Positions 12,352 to 24,300 of a stretch of DNA of 64,000 nucleotides are shown here, one piece after another. How positions within the stretch are numbered: position 1 is the first letter of the stretch; each line of letters begins with the position of its first letter. Source of the DNA: Vitrella brassicaformis CCMP3155 (Eukaryota > Protista > Chromerida). Location: NCBI GenBank assembly GCA_001179505.1, contig CDMY01000274.1:62001-126000 (forward strand), in the 5' to 3' direction. Both the position numbers and the translations under genes were made by a program. Under the pieces are notes generated by a model. The model did no database searches, was not told where the DNA came from, and saw nothing but the letters and a program-made list of their open reading frames with translations.

Positions 12352-13971
12352 NNNNNNNNNNNNNNNNNNNNNNNNNNNNNNNNNNNNNNNNNNNNNNNNN
12401 NNNNNNNNNNNNNNNNNNNNNNNNNNNNNNNNNNNNNNNNNNNNNNNNNNNNNNNNNNNNNNNNNNNNNNNNNNNNNNNNNNNNNNNNNNNNNNNNNNNN
12501 NNNNNNNNNNNNNNNNNNNNNNNNNNNNNNNNNNNNNNNNNNNNNNNNNNNNNNNNNNNNNNNNNNNNNNNNNNNNNNNNNNNNNNNNNNNNNNNNNNNN
12601 NNNNNNNNNNNNNNNNNNNNNNNNNNNNNNNNNNNNNNNNNNNNNNNNNNNCTCAGGGACCGACTCAAACGCACCAGGCACTGAATACGGACCAACAGAC
12701 AGACACATATGGCACATGTGGCCATGAACGTCCCTTCGTTTTTGGCTCACCCGTGTCAGTATTGTTGTCGGCCACAGGGCGGCCATAGCCGAACTCAGCC
12801 CCGCAGTGGGCCGGGCTGGTCTCAAACGCTGAATGACAACGCGGAATGGACAACATGGATGAGTGAGTGAGTGTCTCTGCTAGTTGCGTGCATACCTGGC
12901 TGCCACACCGGCCGGCCCCACGGCGACATCTGACTCGGCGCCGCTTCCACCTGTGTAGCATTGACGGGCGGGGGCAGCTGGGCGGGCGGCGGCGGGTCAA
13001 TGACGGCGGGCTGGGCGCCTGCAGTCAACCAAGGGAGAGGAGATGAATGCGTTCACACACGTCCATCATGATGGATAAATGCCCTTGTTCGGTCGCTCAC
13101 CATGTCAGCCACGCCATCCTCAGGCACTACCACCTCGCCGTCGTGCTCATTGTAGCCCTCCTCTCCGTAGACGCCGGCCAGGCCCTCGCCGCCCGTCTGC
13201 GAGTGTGGCTGGCCCTGGGCGATGGCAGGGCGGGAGCCGCTGCTGCTGCGGAGGAAGCACACACACAAGTGAGAGTATCAGTGAGTCCATAGGACGTTCT
13301 CCCCTCTCGTCATACCGGGGGCATCCTGGTGGAGTGCCTCCATCATCTCGCAGCGCCGTTGCCACTCGGCCGCCATGGCTTTGTAGTATCTGAACGAATA
13401 GTTGCGGTACCCGAGGAAATAGAGAATTGAGAACACAATGTTATATCATGTCGACATGTCTTCTTACTCGATTTGACGGTCCCGCTCGTCGAGCTCGGCA
13501 AGGTATTCGGCGTGCTGCTGGTCCTGCATGAAGGACACACACAAAGGGGAAGGACACGTACGTCACATGAATGAGATGAGTGGGCGCTTCGTTCGTGAGT
13601 GGACACATACCAGCTGTCGCTGCGTGGAGTATCTGTAGTATTCCTTGGCGGCCTCGCTCTTGTGTCTGTATGGACGTCAAAGGAGCGAAAGGCAACACAT
13701 CCACACCCATATGTACAAACAACATCTACATTGTCTGCCATACTTACATTTCCTCTCGACAGTACTGAGAGTGGCGGGTGAACATGGCGAAGGTGGGCGC
13801 CACGGCGGGCTTGAGGGCCTCTGGCTTCTTGCTGCTCTCAGTCACGGCCACATATATGCAGACGGCCAGTATTGACAGGCCAAGCCCCAGCAGGACGTAG
13901 AGCAGCCTCTTGAGCATCCTGTCGGCGGGGCAATCGGGGCATTGCTGGGCGCTGTATACTGTGAATGTGGT
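11024..13971. repeat. About 1.3-kb near-identical duplicate, 11024-12351 versus 12652-13971, separated by a gap
   Basis: Colinear sequence with scattered substitutions and small indels, for example SILAGIVYV versus SILAVCIYV; similar but not identical. Confidence 0.9.
12352..12651. other. Assembly gap (300 N)
   Basis: N run. Confidence 0.99.
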
Positions 13972-16404
13972 GGTGGTGGTGGTGTCGTATTCGCTGGGTG
14001 GCGCCGAAGGCGTGTCGCCTATCGTGGCCCCCCCGAGCGTACCAGCAGCCTACATACAGGACACACATGATAAGGAACACTCCACAATGCCCCCATCAGT
14101 TCTTCCCTCTCTCAGACCCACCTCCTCCTTGTCGCCTGTTGGCTTGTCGCCCTTGTCCAGCACGTTGCCGCCGTCTTCGTCTCCCTCAACTCCCCCCGTC
14201 TGTGAGTTGCCGCTCACTGACTGCACAGACGCCGGCGTCCGAGTGGTGACGGCCTGGCTGAAAGGGGTGATGGCAGCCAGGTGCCCCCAGAGCCCCGACA
14301 GCGGCTGTATGGACTCTTTGTTGCTGCTCCGTCTCTTGATGACGACGTGCACAGGTAGTTGCTCCGGCGATGTCACCGCTATAAAACGTCTCGTGGTCGG
14401 CGGTGTCTTCTCCTCTACGCACTGAACGCACCACACCAACACAGGTGAGAGAATACACAGCTGTGCGATGCATGAGACATGGATACAGCATTACATACCC
14501 TGACGTTGTTCCTGTCTTTGGGGCGGATGCCTGTATCCTTTGTGGTTTTCTGCCCGCAACTCTTGGTTTTCGAGTTGGATGCACGACACTCGGAGCAGCC
14601 GACGCTGTGTCACACACACAGACCCCACATAGACATACAATGTGCCAGCTGCTCGATTGGGCTGTGCCGTTGGTTGTGTTGTGCTCACCTGCAGAGGACC
14701 TCTTGGGCTGTACTGAACCGATCCAACGCCTCAGTCTGATCCCACATCGCCCCGACCACTGCATCCACGCACACAAACATGAATGGATGTCTCGGTTTGC
14801 CCCTTTATCCATGGCTGCCTTCCCGCTTACACAACGCACCTGTGTCTTCTTGTCTGCAGGGCGTTGCCGAGCCCTCGTCGGCACAGGGCATCGCTTTATT
14901 GCCACTCCACACGAAATCCTGTATCTCGTCATCATCGCCGTGGCTGTGGCCGGCGTGGCTATTGTCGCTCAGCCCCCCACTGCCGCCGCCGTCACCCCAC
15001 AGCGACCGACGCATGTTGTCGGAACTTGCCATGCCCTTCGGACACATCTGTTCATATATATATGGCGTGGTGAGGTGTGGACAAAAGCTGTCTGTCTGTC
15101 TGTCTGTCTGTGTCCGCCTTTACCTGGTACATGTAGCCCTGGTCGTCTGCTGGGTCAGAGTGCTGGAAGCAGTACTCGCTCGTCGCATCGACCTTTCAGC
15201 CACACATATACACGGACACAACGGCGGCAACACATGAGGCACATGACTCCTCAGCCCCTCCAACCCACAAGGAAGGTACCTTGGTGAGTATGTCATGGTG
15301 CAGTGCCCGCAGCGACGTCACAATCGCCCACGGCGTGTGCGTGTTGACTCCAGCTTGTCCTTGCACTCCTGACCACAATTGGTGAGCCAGTCGCGGAAGA
15401 AGCCCACCAGCACGTCGTCCTTCTCGGCCTCGCTTCTCTTCCGCATGTCGGCCTCAGTCCACCCCAACATCTCGAGGTAGGCCGTCTTGCGCGTGGCGTT
15501 AAGGGCTTTGGTGGCGGGGACCAGGTGGGCCTCTAAGACGGACTGCATGGCGATGGTGCGCTTGGCCATGTGGGTGGCGGGGGACCACTGGTGTGCTGGC
15601 GTGGCGTCGGGGGACTGGGCCTTGGCGAGGGCAAAGAGGGCGAAAACTACCTCGGACTTGATGCTCTGTTGCTCCAGGTGAAGCAGATGGCTGCACACAC
15701 ACACACAGAGAGAGATGCGCAAATATGGACAGAGGGAGGGATGCATCGCAGTGTGTCACAAACACACACACACACACACTTACCTGCAGAACTCATCCTC
15801 CGTCTCGCGCATAGGTTTGCCTTTCTGCTGGCGGCCCTCCCGCTCGGCCAGTGCGGCGATGGCCCTGTTCTTGTTGAGCTCCTCATGCTCGACGATCTCC
15901 TCTACGTCGACGGGCGCCACGCCGCCTTTGGTCTGCTCAAACCGCTCATTCAGCCGCCTCTCCACATCCGTCTCGCCAGTGGACGGCTTCCACGGTACGG
16001 CCGCGGTGATGTCGCCGTCCGTGCGCTCGCCCTCCTTCATGTGGGCCAGCTGCTCAGCGGACTGGTCCCCCTCTGTCTTGTTGGGTGACAACGTAGGCTC
16101 CTTGGTCTGCATGGACACATACAAGCCAGGAACGCATCCAATGTCGGTGCATTCCGGCGTGGATCTTTCTTACGAGCTCAGACGTCTTGTGCGCCCCCCC
16201 GCTGCCTTTCTTTTGGAGCATTTGGGCGGTGGCCCTTCCCGGCGGGGTCATGACAAGGTCGGAGAGCCACCCGACCGGCTTACTATCCATCCACTTATCG
16301 ATGTCCGTCAGGTGGACCCTTGGACCGACGCGCCACCACGTGACGGCGAAGGCGCCCAACAGGACGACCAGCAAACTGTGCATCGCGCTGGAATACACCA
16401 TCAT
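12652..16404 (-). CDS. Single-pass membrane protein, tandem copy 2 (signal-like N-terminus through TM and coiled coil; 3' end in gap); possible frameshift near 15330
   Basis: ATG at 16404 MMVYSSAMHSLLVVLLGAFAVTWW (hydrophobic leader); GT-AG exons join in phase (KTSEL|TKEPT, EFCS|HLLHLEQ, NNVR|CVEEKT, AAGTLGG...TTTFTVYSAQQCPDCPADRMLKRLLYVLLGLG). Confidence 0.65.
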
Positions 16405-17222
16405 GCGAATGCTTTCAGCAGGAGAACCTTTCTGAAAGCCTTTGCAAAGTTTTTTTGAAGTCGGATGGACAAGCTCCTTTCAGCTCGCACGATGCTCGAG
16501 ATCCAGGATTTGGCAGATCTCTTTCATAGAAGTGACCAGCATGCTGCCCTGCATCAGCAGAAGGTCGAGCCGACGCTGAGTGTTGTCATTACACAAAGAT
16601 CTGCTTCAAATTGTACGGGGCCCGCACCCCGAGTGGGGATGGATGCAACACAAAGCCAGTCTGTAACTGTACCGCTACCACATAAACCCATTCACACGGG
16701 GACAGCAGAAGGGCAGTACACAGGGCGTGTCCCCTCTTCTCCGCCCCCACTGGCTCCGCCCATCCACAGGCAGCGGAAGAAACCGACACGTACGTCTGGC
16801 CGAGTGGCCAATATATGCGGCAGTGCAGTCCACCTGGCCTCTCTCCCCTTGTCTGTCTGTCTGTCTGTCTGTCTTCTCTCTCCAAATTGGGGGAAAGGGA
16901 TGAGCGCAGCGAAAGGCAGACCGACCGACTGTGTCGTATGTGTGTTGGTCATCGCATGAAATGCGTGGAGTCTCTACAGTCACGACCAGTTTTGGCTTCG
17001 CATCAATGGATGGATGGATTCATGAGGGCCCGTACGTGTTTGGCTTGGATGCCAGTGCGCGTACAGACAGAGTCGACAGACACATTCCATGGGTGTGTGT
17101 GGTCCTCCGTCATTGCCATTCCTGTATGAAAGCGTCAAAGGCTCTCAAATCACACGTATCCACCACCACAAATCGAGCACGGCAGCCAGCCAACCAACCT
17201 GTACAAGATACATGGCACCTCC

Positions 17223-17522
17223 NNNNNNNNNNNNNNNNNNNNNNNNNNNNNNNNNNNNNNNNNNNNNNNNNNNNNNNNNNNNNNNNNNNNNNNNNNNNNN
17301 NNNNNNNNNNNNNNNNNNNNNNNNNNNNNNNNNNNNNNNNNNNNNNNNNNNNNNNNNNNNNNNNNNNNNNNNNNNNNNNNNNNNNNNNNNNNNNNNNNNN
17401 NNNNNNNNNNNNNNNNNNNNNNNNNNNNNNNNNNNNNNNNNNNNNNNNNNNNNNNNNNNNNNNNNNNNNNNNNNNNNNNNNNNNNNNNNNNNNNNNNNNN
17501 NNNNNNNNNNNNNNNNNNNNNN
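17223..17522. other. Assembly gap (300 N)
   Basis: N run. Confidence 0.99.
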
Positions 17523-18158
17523 GGTTCCGCAGATAAGGGCGGTTGCGCACCTGACCAACGATCAACACACACACACAGCCATTCATTGCATGGCAGAGAG
17601 CAGGTCATGGGCATTGATTGCTTCGCCCGCCTGCCTTCCCGCCTGGCTGGCTGGCTGTGTGGCTGTCTGCCTGGCTCACCGATGCGACGATGCACAGCGT
17701 GTTGCCCTTGACCTCCATCAGCCGCAGGGTCGGGAAGATGCTCCCTGAAACCGCACACGCACACACAGCATACACACTCATTCCGGCCCGCCCTTCAATC
17801 CGCACTCCACACACGTACCAGTATACGGCGCTACCAAAGAGGTCTGCACACACATTCACACACACACAAAAAAAGAGAGAGAGAGAGAGAGAGGGCACAC
17901 GCAAGCGCATCCACGACGCAGGCACTACCTGCAGACTCTTGCTGCATGCCTTACGATGTTTGACACGGCGGCTGGTCCGACGATGGGGAAGGGCTGCAGG
18001 CCGTGGAAGATGTCCCACAGGTTGAGCGGCAGCAGCCCCGAGGCCTGGATCTTCCTCACCTGCTGCAGCAGCAGCCACGGCAGCGCCACCACCAGCCCGA
18101 TGCAGCCCAGAAAGCTTCCCAACCAGGTGTCGAATGCACGCACCACCGTCGCATACAT
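17523..18158 (-). CDS. DUF4442/hot-dog thioesterase, 5' exons (complements 4264-5421)
   Basis: ATG at 18158 MYATVVRAFDTWLGSFLGCIGLVVALPWLLLQQ (hydrophobic anchor), then exons identical to those in 4857-5421. Confidence 0.7.
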
Positions 18159-18338
18159 CGTCCGACGCACCTTTCCCTTGACCTCAGGCGAGCTTGTCAG
18201 TGATGTTCTACTGGTGACCTGCCCGACTGCTTATTTGAGTCACACGAGGAAGATCCCTTGTGCATCGTCTTGGGTTGTGTCGTAGAAGCGCTGCGAGTGT
18301 GTTGATATTGGTGACACAGCGATCCCTAGCTCGCTCGG

Positions 18339-21300
18339 ATGCAGCGAAGTTCTTCTCGCGCGCCAGAGGAGAGGAGATCGAGCGAGGAGGTGGCGCAGAG
18401 CGAGCATGGCGCACAAGACACGATAGACACGCGAGATAGCGGCCAGGCCGCCACCAGTGCTGAAGTGTCCGCAGAAACCACGGCCCAGCCACAGCAGAAG
18501 GCCGTATCACCATCCCCTTCCCCCTCCCCCTCCCCTCCCCACCACCCCCCTCACCCCCCTCACCAGTCGTCCGAAGCGTCGGAGGAAGAGACCCTGCTGC
18601 AGAAGTCCAAGTTCCTCTCACAGGACGCCCACGCGCACACGGCGGAGGAGCCGCTACCCGTGGGCGACGGCCACTTCACGCAGCCATCGCAGTTCGGCGG
18701 GGGTGAGTCGCTGAGCCCACTCATGGCGCAGCTCTCGCTTGCCCGCGACCGCAGCGGGCCTGACCCGCATGATGTGTTGAAGTGAGCGCCACACACACAC
18801 ACACACACACAATATACCCGCAAAGATGATGCGTGGTTGTCGGTGTGTGGGGATGTGTGTGATCTGCACACAGGTGGACGGTGGACGACACTGCGTCGTG
18901 GCTGGGTCAGAATTCGCTGGGTTTGCTGGCTGACAAGTTCCGCGAGCACGGTATCTCGGGTGACGTGTTGTTTGAGGTGACCCGTGAGGACCTGGCAGAG
19001 ATGGGCATCACATCGGTGGGCGACCGCCGCCGACTGCTCAGGGCCATCGACCAGCTCAAGATCGACGCAAACGCCAGGGCCAGCTACTCGGTCGACCTGG
19101 CCGTTGTCGGGTGAGTGAGCTGAGGCAGCGAGGAGGAGGAGAAATGACCTGAAATGACCTGACCACACCCCGCACCCCGCTCGATGCACCACGAAGTCTC
19201 GACGTGTGGCTTATGTTTGTGTGATAGGTGTTCGCCGTTGGTGTATGTCGACCCTGGCACAGGGGCGTTCAACCCGCTAGACCTGCTCGACGTGGACAGC
19301 GAGCAGGAGCTGCTCGTCCGGGCCATGACGGACGCAAAGCGGTCGTGCTCATACCTCTTCTCGTACGGCACCGCTGAGTCACTGTCGCACATCATGCAGC
19401 TGGGTAAGTGAGTGAGCACAAGAAGGCGCACAGACGCACGTGGGTGATGGTTTGCTGTGCGTGTATGTGTGCAGGTTGTCAGGTGCTGCATTTCACTGGC
19501 CACACGACGCCCGAGGGCAAGCTGCTGCTCGAGAACTCCTCGGGGGGCGCCACCGAGCTGCAGGCCGACTCACTCTGCGACCTCTTCAGGTGAGATGGCA
19601 GCGGTTTCCAGCCGTCTGTCAGTCAGAATGGGCCTCATGTGTGTTGTGTGTGGGTGGTGTGTTGGTGTTGGTGTTGGTGTCAGGTCGCCTGGCCCGTCGA
19701 GTTTTGTTCAGCGCGGCACGTCGTGCCAGTGCGTGGTGCTCAGCAGCTGCAACTCGCGAGCCGTCGCATCCGCATTGTAATCACCACCACCACCACACAA
19801 CGCAATAAACAAGACCTAGGCAGCAGTCGCGTGTGTGTGTGTGTGTGTGTGGATCGGCCGGTCAGTCTGGATGCGGGAGCTCAGCACGTGGTTGCGGTAG
19901 AGACGGATCAGAAGGTGTTGGACACGGCCGCCCGCAAGTTCGCCTACGCCTTCTACCACTCTTTGTTGGTCGGCAACTCCATCAAGCAGTCCTTCAAGCA
20001 CGCCTGCTGGCTCGTCAGACACTCGCCGGAGATCCCCTCGCCACAGCAAGAGGTACCTACACACCTCTCACACGTGTGCGCGAGGGCATGGTTGATGCGT
20101 GTGCTGTCTGTTTTGGACAGTCGAACAAGTTTGTGTTGCTGCCGGCGGCTGCCGACCACTCGGAGGTGCTCTTCTCATCACTGCCGACGGGGCTCTTCGT
20201 CGACAGGTATATCTGGCGTAAAGTGGTGCTTGTGGAAACGTGTGAATGTGTTGTGTGTGGTGTGGTGTGGTGTGCGCAGGTCGATCCGTCGTGCGACGGC
20301 GAATTTGCCGCACATCAACATGGATTTGGTGGTGGGGCGGCAGGTGGAGATGTGGGAGGTCAGCAGGGCCATACAGTCGCCAAAACGATTCATAGTGGTA
20401 CGTGAGCAACCCCCACCCACACACACTGATGCCCAGAACACTCCTCATCGTTTAGTGTGTGTGTGTGTGTGTGTGTGTAGATTGTGGGTGCTCCAGGCAT
20501 CGGCAAGTCCACCCTTGCATGTGTAGTGGCGCAGTATGCTTGGTACGGCGCACACCACACGCCAGGCACACTCCCTCCCTCCCATAAAGAGCCCGCCTCA
20601 CTGTGCGAGTGGTGTCTGTGTCATGACGTCGTGCCCCACAAACGTCAGGAAGCGGAATTGGTTTCCCGAGGGCGTGTCGTGGATGCCGCTCAAGGGCCTC
20701 AAGTGGGTCGAGGGCGTCAGCGGCACGGCGTGCTCCACTCTGGGGGCGTCGTCTGACCCCGACACACAGCAGCCACTGCCGCACATCAACGGCAAGAGGC
20801 TCATCGTTTTCGATAACGGTGGGTAAAATGCGGTGCGGTGCGCCCCAGGGGTTTGTGCGTGTGTGGTGTTGTATGCTGGATCGGGTGTGTTGTTGGCTTT
20901 GTTTTGTTTCAGCTGAGGATTTGCTGCGTCGGACGCCGCGGCGGTTTCTGGCGTGGGTGGTGCAGCTGCTGGACTCATGCCCGCACCTCAAGATCCTCCT
21001 AACATCGCGACGAATCATCAAACCGGCCGGTCAGACAGACAGACAGACAAACCTACTGTACCGACACAGGGATAACGTGTGTGCGTGTGTGTGTGTGTGT
21101 GCAGATTTGCCCGAGAAGTGTCCGTTGGTTCCGAAGCACATCCATTTGCGTGAGCTGGACCGCACCAACTCTGTCCGGCTGCTGCGGCAGCTCTGCCCCA
21201 ACATGGACGTCGAACCAGCCGCCAGAATTGGAGACCTCTGCGGACACCTGCCACTCGGTAGGTTACCATAACCAACTCACACACACACACACCCCCCACC

Positions 21301-24300
21301 ATCTCCCCCTCTCTCTCACTTGTGTGCTTCATTCATGTGTTCATTCAGCGTTGCGTGTGATCGGCCGTCTGCTGGGCAGCCGTCCTGACATGACGCCTGA
21401 GTCAGTGGCGGCATCGCTTGAGAGGGACTCCGACCACGACCTGACCCTGTCGCTCTCCGAGTACGCGGCCTGCGTGCAGCCGTCGGTGGAGGCCCTCGCG
21501 GAGCCGCTGCGGCAGGCCCTGACGACGCTGAGCATCTTCATCGGGCACTTCACGCTCGAGGGTGCGAGTGCGTTGCTCAACGAGGACTTCGAGCACACCC
21601 GTCAGATCCTGGGCCTGCTTTTCGAGAGCAAGCTGGTCGAGTTCGAGAGCACCATCAACAGCTACTTCGTCCACACGCTCATCCGGATCTACCTCAAGAA
21701 GGCCCCGCTGCCCCAGCAGCCCTCGCTGCGTGCCGAGATCCGCTGCAGGTTCGTCCTCTACATCACTCAGGTCATGTGGCGGGTCGCCCACCACTACGAT
21801 CTCATGACCAAGCAGCAGGCGCACGAGAAGCTCTACACCCACCAGCACCCTCAGACACCCGCCACCACCACCAGCAGCGCAACTGTCGCCCCATCCCCTG
21901 GCCCCGCAGCCACCCCGGGCACCGCCAGTGGCCACCACGGCGGCCCCGCGCCCTCGTCGCCGTGGGCGGCCGGGCAGGCCGCGCTGCGGCTCTTCGATCG
22001 CGAGCGGCCCAACATCGAGCTGGCCCTCGACCTGGCGGGCTTCACGCCTGCCTTTTTCGCGCTGCTGCAGCTGGGCAAGGAGGTGTTCAAGCGGCGCTTC
22101 GAGGCCATGCGGCGGGTGGAGCTGTACGAGCGTGCCTTGGGGATCATCATCGCCGAGCTGATAGGGCAGAAGATGCCGAGTGAGAGGCCGGGAGAGGTGG
22201 CTGGGGGGATGGGGGTGGGGGTGGTGTCCCGTGCGGCAGACCATGAGGGCGCGAGCGACAGGCTGGTGAGGAAAAGCAATGACAGCGCAGGCACTGCCAA
22301 GGCTGCACAGGTGAGAGGGGAGGGAGTGGGGGAGGGTGGACGGGACGGGCCGCAACAGTGCATCTCACTGGTTGGTTCCGTGCATGTGTTTGTCATTCTG
22401 GTCAGAATGAGATCGAGATGGCGAGCCTTGTCAATCCTGACATCGACTACGACCTGCTGGCCGACCTGGCCAGCTCCACCGGGGTGGTGCCGCAGCCCGA
22501 CCCTGCCACCGCCGCCGAACACCCATTCCAGATGAGCAACACCATCCTCGGCAAACTCGACATGTCACAAACGGTGAGCAGCAGAACCGACCATACCATC
22601 AGACAATAGTCGTTCTCGCTCTATGTCTGTGTACCTGTTGATCAATCAGTTGGAGGCGCCCGTCACGTCCCCCTCTCGCGAGATCACCCCCGAGGCGTGC
22701 TTCCCGCCCTCATTCTACCTCCTCTCGCCCTCAGACGAGCTAGACGCCCCGGAAGACCTCCCGCCCCCCGTCGGCGGCCACACACACGCCGGGCAGAAGA
22801 CCACCATCAAGCTGGGCGAGCACCACTACCTCTACCTCCCCTTCCCGGCTGCAGCAGACAGCCACGCCCACGCCCACACCCACACACCACCTGCTGCTGC
22901 TGCTGCTCCAGGGGCTGGTAATGGTGGCGGCCACTCGAGGGACACATCGATGCTGGCGGCTGATGCGCTGGTCAACGCACTGCAGAGCGGCAAGGCCACG
23001 ATGGAGGACGCCTGCCGGCGTGCGGCCGAGGGCACCATGGTCTTCTTGTCGGCGCAGCTTAACGTCAAGCGGCGGCCTGACTTTGACGGCGGGTGCATCA
23101 GCAGCGAGCAGCTCAGCAGGGACAGGCTGCGCAAGACCCTCACCGAGTTCGCCGCCACGTACATGCAGCGGTCCCTCAGCACGGGGGTGGGCGACATCGA
23201 TAGAGACATGCCGCCTCCTCTCTCGCTCGACCGTGACGTGAGCGCCCTTTCTGCGCTGTCAAACCACAGCCGCGTGAGCCGCCTGACCGCGCCGACTGAG
23301 GGATGGTGGTGGGACAGAGACGCCACAACCACAACCACACCAGCAGCCGAGGGGCCTTCCTCTCCCATCCCCGACGAGCCATCCGCAGCCACAGCCACGG
23401 CCACGAGCACGGCCAGCAGTGGGCGGTACAAGGTGTTGTCGGACATCCTGTTCCAGCTGGGCTACGCCTACCGCGACATGGGCCTGGTCTCCCATGCCGC
23501 GGCGCTGGTCAAGGTGGCCATGAACCTCGTCCCAGTCCCCGTCGACACCCTCTCGCGCGAGAGCAGCGACGCCCGACACGACCAGCCGCAGCCGCACCCC
23601 GTCTGCTGCAGCACGGCCATCAGTGGCGCCGGGAGGGGCTCCCCACGACACGGCAGGGACAGGTGCATGCTGGCGGGGCGCCCGGAGATCCATGTCGTCG
23701 CGGCGGAGGAGGAGGCCACCCAGCCGGCGGGGGCTGCCGAGGGCCACGAGGAGCTCGCGCATCGGGGGGTGCACGAGGAGAGGGAAAGCCGCCGCACCGT
23801 CAGCCCGGCCTCCGAGCAGTCGGCCAGGTCGAGCGACGGCGTCCCCGCGACAATCAGCACGGTGGGCGGCGTCGACAGCGAGAGGGAGAGGCGGCGGATC
23901 ATGGCAACGCACCGGTCCGAGATGGCGTCGCTCGAGGCCAAGCTCATGTGCGACCTGGGGTATTATGACGAGGCAGGCCGGTACTTCCAGGAGGCCCTCG
24001 ACATAGTGGAGGCGGTGGGGGCGCCCGTGGCGCAGAGCGAGATGCACGCCCGGCTGCTGTTTGCCCTGGCGGTGTACTGGTGGGACTACCGGCACAACGC
24101 CTCCATGGCCCAGCAGTTCTACCTCAGGTGTCTGGAGCTGCGGCAGCGGCTCAACCCTGGCGGCCTGCAGACCGCCCACACCATGACCAGCTTCGGCGTC
24201 GTCTGCGGCAACTGTGGCGAGCTAGAAGCCGCCAGAAAGTCAGTATGCCGTCGAAACGCCGTACACGCAATCCGTTTTCCACCTCTGTCTCCGTCTGCCC

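Noticed and set aside
9354-13971. CRISPR-like or repeat-spacer array
   Set aside because: The repeats are long eukaryotic duplications with no short repeat and unique spacer periodicity, and there are no cas genes.
4857-18087. LTR retrotransposon interpretation of the 565-bp direct repeats
   Set aside because: No TG...CA ends, PBS, gag or pol are visible; the repeats are exons and introns of a thioesterase gene and end at gaps.
10586-18158. Gasdermin-like substrate next to the CHAT protease
   Set aside because: The neighbours are a hot-dog thioesterase and single-pass TM/coiled-coil proteins; nothing I can recognise as a gasdermin.
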